A stretch of DNA of 64,000 bases, taken from positions 2,356,001-2,420,000 of the forward strand of contig NC_043002.1 of assembly GCF_006345805.1 (NCBI RefSeq). Reading direction: 5' to 3'. This DNA comes from Octopus sinensis (taxonomy: Eukaryota). This document shows positions 53,926 through 64,000 of this stretch, one piece after another. The position numbers and the translations under genes are program-made. The notes below the pieces were generated by a model. It had not been told where the DNA came from. It did no database searches and saw nothing but the letters and a program-made list of their open reading frames with translations. Numbering within the stretch: the first letter of the stretch is position 1; the number at the start of each line of letters is the position of its first letter.

Positions 53926-55437
53926 TAGTTATATTTTTATAGCGTGCTTTCACTTCACTACTGAGCGCAGCTCTGTGTGCCTTGGGTATGTGCTGTAATT
54001 TGTTGTGATGCTCTGATGGTTATTGTATGGAAAGTGTTCTGCGTAGGATGTGTGCAGTACCTAGTAGTGCAATTTTCTGTATGTTATATGTGTTTGTAAG
54101 TCCTGGTGTTTTTGTTATGTATTTGTCTGAATATTTTTTTATCATGCCTAATGCACCTACTATGATAGGAATTGTTTCTGTTTTCAGATTCCACATTCTA
54201 GTTACCTCTATTTCCAGGTCTTTGTATTTTGAGAGTTTCTCCATTTCTTTTAGAGACACGTTGTCATCAGCCGGTATTGATACATCAATTAGAAAGCATT
54301 TTTTCTTCATGATCTCTGACAACTATATCTGGTCTGTTGGCCTTAATTTCTCTATTTGTGTGTATCGGTATATCCCAGAGTATGGTTGCTTTCTCGTTTT
54401 CTGTGACCTTTTCTGGTGTGTGCCTATACCATCTTTTTTCTGTTGTTATTCCATAATGTTGGCATAGCTTCCAATGTATGTAGGTTCCAACTCTTTCATG
54501 TCTGTGAATATATTCCTTCTTAGCCAGGACTGGGCAGCTAGAGATAATATGATTTATTGTTTCTTGTCCATCTCCACATATTCTGCAGTTACTTGTAATA
54601 TTTCTTTTCATTACATGTTTTTGGTAATTTCTGGTGGGGAGGCTTTGGTCTTGTGCTGCAATTAAAAATCCCTCTGTCTCTGCTTTGAGTCCTGAGCTTC
54701 TCAACCATTGCTGGGATTTTTCTTCGTCTATTTCTTTTGCGTTTAGTTTAGTCCAGTATTTGCCATGAAGGGGCTTTTCTTGCCATCGTTTTATCATGGC
54801 TCGTTGCTGTTCTATTTTTAGTTTGGATTTCATTTGTTTTATAGCTTTTGTTGTTTCTTCATCTTCTTCTTCATGTTTATTAGGTGGTATGATTTCTTGT
54901 TTGTATTTGTCAGCTTCCTTAAATACTGAGAACAGTTTTTTGTTTTGCTCGTGTTTTGCCACTCTCTGGATCAGTTTTCCTTCCTTCTGAAGTAGATATT
55001 TTTGCAGTCCTATAGTGGTTATTTTATAGTAGTTTTCCAGCTGTATAAGGCCTCTACCACCTTCTATACGTTGTATATATAGTCTTTCTATGTCAGATTT
55101 TGGGTGATGCATCCTAGATCCTGTCATTATTTTTCTTGTTTTCCTATCTATTTTGGTCAGTTCATTTAGTGTCCAGTTAAGGATATTGTAGCTGTAACTT
55201 ATAACTGGGACAGCTAAAGTGTTGATACCTATTATCTTGTTTTTAGCATTGAGCTCTGTGTTTAGTATTGATCTAACTCGTCTATAATATTCTTTTTTAT
55301 TTTCTCTTTCATTTGTGTGTGTTGTGTCTTATCTAGTTCATGGATTCCTAAGTATTTGTAAGTTTGGATTTGGTCTAATTCTTTTATTTCATTGGTTTTA
55401 TCTAGTGTGATGTTGTTACTCTTAACTAGTTTTCCTC

Positions 55438-55441
<4 letters not shown>
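53923..55441 (-). mobile_element. 5'-truncated Dong family A copy, near-identical to 26051-27577
   Basis: Same protein (MHHPKSDIERLYIQRIEGGRGL...CRICGDGQETINH...ILRRTLSIQ) and same 3' UTR; TAA arrays on both flanks (53848-53922, 55442 onward). Confidence 0.96.
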
Positions 55442-55485
<44 letters not shown>

Positions 55486-55486
55486 T

Positions 55487-55517
<31 letters not shown>

Positions 55518-55645
55518 TTATATTATTATTATTATTATTGTTGTTGTTGTTGTTGTTGTTATTATTATTATTATTGTGGTTGTTGTTGTTGTTGTTGTTG
55601 ACGTCGTCATCATCATCATCATCATCATTATTATTATTATCCTTA

Positions 55646-55694
<49 letters not shown>

Positions 55695-55710
55695 CATTCT
55701 TTCCATTATT
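55442..55710. repeat. Compound (ATT)/(GTT)/(ATC)n microsatellite
   Basis: Directly visible. Confidence 0.95.
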
Positions 55711-55932
55711 ACAGCAACGGGCTGACAGAATCGTTAGCAGTCCGGGGAAAATGCTTAGCGGCATTTCGTCCGTCTTTACATTCTGAGTTTAAATTCCGCT
55801 GAGGTCGATTTTGCCTTTCACTCTTTCGGGGTCGATAAAATGGATACCAACTGAGCACTGGGGATCGATGTAATCGATTTGCTTCCTCCCAAAAATTGCT
55901 GGCCTTGTACCAAAATCTGAGACCAGTAGTTT

Positions 55933-55970
<38 letters not shown>
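55711..55970 (+). mobile_element. OK-like SINE with (AGT)n tail
   Basis: Full-length match to the in-window family. Confidence 0.85.
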
Positions 55971-55971
<1 letters not shown>

Positions 55972-56897
55972 ATTGTTTCTGTGGATGCCTCACCTCCCTC
56001 TAAACACAATATCCATACTTATTGCCAACATCGGCTTGAATCGTCCATGAGGATCATCTCTTTTGCTATAATCAATACCAATAAATCATTTCTCTCAATA
56101 TCAGTCTCCGATCAGATCAATCGCCCTGATCAGTCACAATTGTAACCTTACTGTCCTTTGTATTTCATCACAAAGGAGCCGGGCGACATTTAGAAATTTG
56201 AAATTCTTCCCTCTTTGTTCATTCTTCACGAAATCTATAAACTTTAGAGAAGGATCAACTGTTTCTGTCGCAGACCGTCACCAGTTTCCTTACATTCCGT
56301 ATTTTGCACAAGCTTTCACCCTACCAGAAGGAACCAGAAGCCTTACGTGGCCGTCTACCTAGACGGAATAGTGACTGAATCTCTCTCGAACGATACCCTC
56401 GCGATTTAAAGCGGTAGAACTCAATTGGTAGTATTTTATTGTAGCATTTGATCGGGTGTGGGTAGGGCAATGTCTGTGACTGGTTTTAGTAAGACCTAGT
56501 CCGAGTACCTGCCACAAAATGGACTTCGTTAAAGATTGAATCTAATCTCGATGTAGGCCACGGTGGGATTTGAACTCAGGCATCTCGATTTCAACGAAAC
56601 ACTCTCCTAACCGGTAATTTATTTATCAACCTCGAAAGGATAAAAGATAAAGCTTTCTTCGGTAGAATTTCAACATAGACGGAAATACACCAGGATAAAT
56701 GTGTTAGGAAATCTCGCTCAACGAACCAATGATGCTGTCTAAATATATACGCAGACAAGATGCTCACGGATGGAGCGTTTGATATTAAGTTTATTCAACC
56801 AGACCTCACCAGGGACTTAGCTACTACAATTAACTTTAAAATCATTCGATTAGAATTCATATAACAGTCACTGCCAAAAGTACCCACCTTTTTATTA

Positions 56898-57006
<109 letters not shown>

Positions 57007-57074
57007 TACTATTGTTGTTGTTGTTGTTACTTCCGCTTTCATTTTCAGCATTGTAACAAACTAAAGATCTATAT

Positions 57075-57260
57075 TAGACTGTTGATGTAACTCTATTTGT
57101 TAAAAATCCTTCCCGCCTTGGGACATTAAGCCCACATCAGAAGATGTCTAAAACTGTTGCCAGTATTGTGAATACTATAAAACTTTTGAAGTCTCCACAA
57201 GCCACAACTCGCATTAAACGATGCTCTGCTTATCGATAAGGAACCTCTGGAAACAGTAAT
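57075..57260 (+). mobile_element. Possible decayed Penelope GIY-YIG C-terminal fragment
   Basis: L.LNDALLIDKEPL resembles the L.IKEALLI...P.LN motif; weak. Confidence 0.3.
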
Positions 57261-59149
57261 TATTTGTACGAAATACTTTCGTATTTTAATCTCACGTTTT
57301 CGCAATAAAAGATCAATATTCTTTGCCCTTAATCACATGATATCATTCGCAATACGGTATTAATTCTTCTTCGCAAGCTTTATCAATGTACACTTTAATG
57401 AGATTTAAATCCTCAAACGATTCCAAGCTGCCACATCCCCTGCTCACCTGACGCACCTGGATACAGATATTTCGTTCATCCATTTAAAAAAAATATCTCT
57501 AGAATCTAACATCTCCGGATGACACACCACTTTCAATTAATCAGTGATAGGATCGCAGTTAGGGCTCTCCTAATTGGCCAATTAAAAAGATTTTCCTTTA
57601 TTTTTCATTTCCGCAATGATCTTTAGTCATGTTCTTTGACCTTGCAATTCAAACCATTCTCTTATCGTTATTATTTCTTACACTTCTCTTCAACACCCAA
57701 CTCCCGCCCACAAACACAATTGAAAGCTAAGACCATTCTGTTTTGAAGAGATGATTGGTCGATTTAGGTCATTTTTGCTAAATAATTGTTCTAAATGAAC
57801 CACTGTGGCTCTCGCAGTTTCTCATTTTCTTTCAATCGATTTATAATAAATATATTTTCGTCGTGTTTTATATCAGAAATAGATTTCTAATTTCCTTCAT
57901 TTTCGAAACATTCTCCCCAGAAATATCGACAAGTTTGTGTATTTCTATTCAAAGTTATTTATAAATCGTGATTTAGTACACGAGTCTAGCAGATCTATCA
58001 AAGTGATTTATGAGTATCGATTTTTATCATTATGTCCACGTATACATACAAACATGTATGTGTGTGTATATGTGTGTGTGTCTGTCTGTCTGTCCGTCTG
58101 AATATGTATGTATATTGTAGGAGGCAACGAGATTGTGTGGCTTTCATATTTTATGAAGAGAATTGCAAACAAGAGCAAACTGCGTTGAAAGTTTGGATCA
58201 AATATCAGGTGGATCGACAATATTGAGAAACAGTTGCCCTCTGTAGATTGTTTCCAGGTGATCTTCAGAAGATGAGGGAAACAAGACAACATACCTTTGG
58301 TGAATTTGCCCATGACCTTTGGACCACTCATGGATATCTCTAAATGGCGTTTACACACATGTCAAATAGAATTTTGTTCAAATGAAATTTTAGGAAGATA
58401 AAAGCTAGGCTTGGCACAGGAGAAAGTATAAGAATTATTAGACGGATATTTCCTTCCAGCCATGTTTCTTCACAATGTTTCTCTTAGATCTCTTGCATGC
58501 AGGTCAATGGAATGCCAACGACGTTGCCAATACTTTTCGTTTCCCGCTGTAAATTCCCCGGTATCATGTTGAGAAGATACCATATCACACTTTAAAGCAG
58601 TGTTTTGATAACTCATAGATATCTTATATAGGGAGAAAGAGAGAGAGAGAGAGATCTGTATGAGCGTGAGTATAAACATATATGTGTGTGTGTGTATATA
58701 TGTTTTGATAACTCACACACACATATCACCTCTCTCTCTCCATATACCATATTATATATATATATATGTATGATTTTCTTACGAAACACATAGCGTAGAA
58801 GTGCTCAAGTCGAACCTGAAACGTTGGATAAGTATAGTGGATAGAATGGAAAAAGTTCAAATCAGATAGACTACGATTAACACATACGTCTACGGGTTTA
58901 GTTAAAATAAGATAAGGATTGTCCGAATTGAAATATATATTGATATATTAGAGATATAAATAAATATATAGAAATATAAAAATATATGAATACTAAAAAT
59001 ATACATAGGTATATAGATATATAAACATAGTAATAATAGAATATAGATAAAAATTATCGTGGAATATAGATAAAAAAACGTTTTTAAAATAATTTTTATT
59101 ATGGTATAGTAACAGGCATTAATAAGAGTTTTGGGTTACATGTTCGAAG

Positions 59150-59900
59150 AAATAAAGTGTACCGACGATCGTTTCTGGCTCTCATACGTCTGAATTACTG
59201 ACGAATCTTAAGATTCATTTCTGGAGAATGTCCCCTTCATCAGGGGAAAATGATGTTTACGATAGATATGCGTTCAGTTCTTTACGAAGGTATGAGAGAA
59301 TTGGATGCTTTTATAGAAGGGCGGATACAGTTATTTAAATTATAAAAGTTTTTTTTATGAGGGCTGATGGGAGTAAAATTAAATTGCTTACTTTCTTAAA
59401 ATTTATATTTCTGTTTGCATTATATTGTTGTGTAACTTAATGCTCAGTGGGTTCAAATTGAAATCGCCTCATGAAAGTTGAGTAGAATCTGTGGTTGCAC
59501 GAATGAATAGCGTCAGAGAACCTATTTAAAACAGTGGAATTAAACATGCAAAAGATAACGTATGATTCTTTTATACACAATCAACATCAGCCAGTAATCG
59601 TACGGTATAGTGGGGCCTCGTCTATGGTTGACCAAGACAATGTATAATTAATGTTCTCTACTTTTAAGTCGTGTATATATCTGGCCAGCGCCGTTCAAGT
59701 CTTATGTTTTACCTTATTAAAGGTACTTACATGTGTTCTGTATCGTTTCTTGAAGTCTTTAGTGCTTTCCATGTATAATCTAGCTTTATGTTTGTCGCTT
59801 GTCACTGTGCATTTATAGATTACGTTTTTGCGTAACCATAAACCAGTAAGAGGACATAATTCAGGGGCCCTACAATTAAACGTGTTTATATTCATATGTA
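59150..59900 (-). mobile_element. Penelope-like remnant (GIY-YIG fragment 59695-59885 plus downstream pLTR with degenerate HHR)
   Basis: NCRAPELCPLTG...VIYKCTV...YM.STKDFKKRYRTHVSTF; CTGATGA...GAAA motif at 59200-59243 (minus). Confidence 0.7.
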
Positions 59901-60200
59901 GTGGAGGCACATGGCCTAGTGGTTAGAGCAGCATACTCGTGGTCGAGGGATCGCGGGTTCGAATCTCAGACCGGGCGATGTGTGTGTTTATGAGTGAAAC
60001 ACCTAAGCTACACGCGGCTCCGGCAGAAGGTAATGGCGAACTTCTGCTGACTCTTTCGCCACAACTTTCTCTCTTTCCTCTTGCATCTTGCAGCGCACCT
60101 GCGACGGACGGGCGCCCGGTTCAGGTGGGGAACCTATACGCTAAGGAAACCGGGAAACCAGCCCTATGAGCCAGGCGTGGCTCGTGAAGGAACAAACGAC
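59901..60200 (+). mobile_element. tRNA-derived SINE, full length, with 11-bp TSD
   Basis: A box TGGCCTAGTGG and B box GGTTCGAATCT; TSD ATTCATATGTA at 59890-59900 and 60201-60211. Confidence 0.9.
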
Positions 60201-60253
60201 ATTCATATGTATGTCTGTATGCATGTATGTATGTATAGGCGATTATGGTATGT

Positions 60254-60292
<39 letters not shown>

Positions 60293-60823
60293 TGCGTGAC
60301 TGTTTTAATGCAGTGCACATGTGTGTATATGTCTGTATGCATATTTATGTGTTAAGGTATTTAATTAGGCTTTTCGTACTATATGCAGTATAAATTCTTT
60401 GCTGATAATATCCCAACTGCGTGGTCTAAAATTCTTAGTAACAACCTTCCCGTTCTAAAGAATTTTATACACTTTCGCATAGAGAAAGAAAAGTAAAGTT
60501 TATTCAGCCTATTGAATGCGATACCCACATTGGCATTGGATTATGATCTCTCTGCGTTAGAATTATTTTGATTAAATCTCGTTCATCAAAAACGTAGACA
60601 TTAAGTAAATATCTGTACATCGTAACGGTGTGTTTACATTATACATTTGAATGTATATATTTTTTTAACTGCACCAATTCAAATAAGCTAACTTTAATAT
60701 GTCTTCAGAAAGCTGAAATTACCAAAGTTCTTGTGGTCCAGTTATAGTTTTTAATTTACTCTGAAATCAAATAAATACGAAACAGATTGTATAAGATTTC
60801 TTTCTCCAGAAATCTTATACTTA

Positions 60824-60869
<46 letters not shown>

Positions 60870-62197
60870 TGTGTGTGTGTGTGTATGTGGTGTGTGTGTG
60901 TGTAATATGTCCTGCACAGTCCTATTCATTTCAGTATACAATGTTTTTTTTTCTATATATTACACGTATTTTTGGCGGAAATCGGTTTACTTTATCATTA
61001 GAAGAAATTTCAGACAGGACACATTAAGTAATATTTTTTTTTTTTCCAGATAATATCACATATATTTCACTGCGCCCTTGTATTGAGCCCCCTACCTTTG
61101 TTCGTGAAAACATGTATTTCTCGTTCATCAAAATACTCCATTATTGAAGCAAGGCTCACACATGAAAAAGACAATACTCCAAATATATATAATAATCGAA
61201 ATTAATAGACAACTAGTATCCCTAAAACTATTTGCTTAGCAACACCAAATTGTACACTAAAAACAAAACACCAACACGTAGAAGACTGTGGTCGCTTTAC
61301 GGCAATTACGTCATATTTATCAAAGGCACATCTAATAAATTTAAATTGGGAAATACTGAATAAAAAAAGCATCACGAAAGAATACATAAGACACATGAAA
61401 CTCACACAGATCTTAATATTAGACAGATTCCATTATGTGAACATTTCGACATATTAGCACCAAGCAAATCACCAAAATTCCAAGCCTTTCGCTTTGCCTT
61501 TCTTTTCAGAAAAGATAGAATACAAATAAATAAAATTTGTTTATTAAAAAATACAACCTACGACTGTATAAATTATTACATGTTCAACACAGACATTACA
61601 CAGCTGTAGTTCACATTGCAACACACAAAGCACATAGACAAACGCATACACAGCTTAATTTCATTCAGATAAAAGCAAGTAAGCTATTTCTCTATTTTCC
61701 TTTAATCTGACAACTTGTTCACAGTATCAAATGACGCATGTACTGGATTAACACAGCTTCGACTTTTGGCACACTTATCATTCATAATATCATGTGACCT
61801 AATAGGCGGACATAATGCACATTCTTCATTCGCTTGATTAATACAGGCTTATCTTTTTATGCAAGTATCATTGACACAGTCACATGACCCTCTAACCCCA
61901 TGTCCCGGCAAAGCCGTATCTGAACTCATGACAATTTCACTTACATTTTCTCCACAAAAACTCTACCCAGAGTCGCGACAAATGTGGCACAGCACCAGCC
62001 CCCTGCAGATTACACTATTTTTCAAAAATTATCAATTTATGAGGCCAACTAAATTTTTTAAATAAAATAAATAAAATGTTTATGTTTTTACTATTCATTC
62101 GATTTTTCTTTATACTTGTTTGTACATACACATACTCGCACATACAGACACACACACATACATATACATACATACATGCATATATATACACACATAC

Positions 62198-62266
<69 letters not shown>

Positions 62267-63626
62267 GAAGAGAGTTGATCACGAATTTCATCCGAAGAGG
62301 ACTAAAACTGAAAACATTTTTGAATATAAGGAGGAGTAGAGTGAATGACATGCGTGCGCATTTATATGCGCGTGTGTGTATGTATGCGTATGTATATAGA
62401 AACGTCCGTTGAGGCATATAACCCTAAATCTAAAATAAATACGTAATCCCATTTATTGTTCAATAATCGGCCCCATATTCAAGTCTTTAGCTTTATAGAA
62501 TAATGAAGCATAAAACCCAACCTATTATAATATATTTGTGTTTATTGCAGATCGTTACGTGGAAATACGGCTGTGGAAACGACCTTTCTACTTTCAGTGA
62601 GTGTGTATGAACTGCAATAGGATAACTGCTCCCTGTGGATGTGTAGTAAATCAATTCTCATTACCCTGTGAAATATGATGGACGATAGAAATGAGCAGCT
62701 GAAATTAGTTTCAATCTTCTGGCTCTGTGACCCTCGCTAAGATATGTTACAATCAGAAAATATGCGTACGTGGCAGGTTTTCAATAGGATAATATATTTT
62801 CTTCCTCTTCTCATGGACATCTGCATTATTCTCGAAATCTCCCAGAAAAAGCTTTTCTCGTTCATTCAGTCATGTATGAATCTATGAAACAACGAATGCG
62901 TTTTTTCTTTCTTTCTAGCAATATTAATTTTTTTTTCAGAAAAAATATTTCAGGTATAGAATAGAAAGACTGATTATTAGAAAATTCCATGCCATTATGT
63001 TCATTCTCATTCTACACTTTTTTCCATTTTAAATATTTGTTTGCGTGTATGCGTGAATATATATATAAGCATGTGTGTATGTATGCATGCATATATTCGC
63101 ATACTACATACTTACACATATACATGTTCATGTGTTTGTGTGTACATGTGTGTGCGCGTGTTCGCATGTGTGTGCGTGTGTGTTTTGTTGGGCATCTTTG
63201 TGTGATTCTGCTCACATCACATTACGGCCGAGTGTCAGAATCATGAGATTCAATCGTTAGAATGAAATTTTCTCTCTCCCTACCCTCTGAGTTCAAACGC
63301 TGCCGAGGACAGCTTTTCCTCTCATCAACCCATTATTAGTTTAGTGCAATGGGTTGGTGGAATCTTAAAGTGGCCGTATTTGACTCGACTGTCTGCATTT
63401 TTATTCCTAATCATGTCATGGACTTCTTGGCTGATAGAAACTTGATCTGCTCCTCCGTTTAATACTGGACTCTTCTAAAGGCATCTTGAGTGTCTTTAGT
63501 GGGGAACACTCTGCAAACACTCGATCCAGGTTTCCGCTCCTGTTGAGGCTATCTTCCACCGTCTTCCATATTAGTTTAACGGGCATGTGACAGTTCATGG
63601 GTATCCACTCACCTCTTGATTAAAAG

Positions 63627-63683
<57 letters not shown>

Positions 63684-64000
63684 AGTGAGTAGACAAACGA
63701 AAGAAAGGCACTTAACAAATTTATTGGGAGTTCAAATTCAAATTGGCTGACGACTAGCATCACGCTTGAAACTCAAGAGTACCAACAAATTTGAATCAAA
63801 CTGTTTTGATCCATATATAAGTTAAATTTGAAGTTAAAAATTAAGGTTTAGATGGATGACATTAACATGCAGTATCGAAACCTTTGTTACGGGTAAGCCC
63901 CAGGTAGTAGTGTGCCTGCGGAGTACGTTGACCACTTGTGGTTAGCAGGCGTCATCCACGTTACTACGCTTTCGACGCCGGATCTACATCAGGAAATCTT

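Noticed and set aside
63416-63615. 60-aa minus-strand ORF near a GTGAGT donor-like site
   Set aside because: No identifiable domain; could be decayed PLE sequence or chance
63955-63995. CTGATGT...GAAAGCGTA hammerhead-like motif at the window edge (minus)
   Set aside because: A9 is altered, stems I and III are not supported, and the context is truncated

Overview
AT-rich, microsatellite-dense eukaryotic DNA, inferred to be octopus (coleoid cephalopod) because the tRNA-derived SINEs resemble the octopus OK/OR families; the taxon is not verified. No host gene could be supported, and most short ORFs in the track are translations of microsatellites. The window is a dense transposon landscape. It holds (i) a full-length but decayed CR1/L2-clade LINE (5343-9972) whose ORF1 combines a Myb/SANT-like N-terminus, a Q/P/S-rich linker and two CCCH fingers, plus a 5'-truncated relative (27755-29585); (ii) many R4/Dong-clade RT+REL elements inserted head-to-tail into (TAA)n arrays, including each other's tails; (iii) Penelope-like (GIY-YIG) remnants with hammerhead-ribozyme (HHR)-bearing terminal repeats, one folded into a 225-bp palindrome; (iv) an ORF-less 355-bp tandem repeat with a type I HHR in each unit, a retrozyme-like locus and the best candidate for an undescribed system; (v) a hAT element with 15-bp TIRs and an 8-bp TSD nested in a Dong element, and a decayed maT/DD37D-like mariner; (vi) about 15 SINEs, three with exact TSDs; (vii) a ~465-bp foldback and a ~650-bp GAA polypurine tract. 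All alignments, folds and identities were done by eye.
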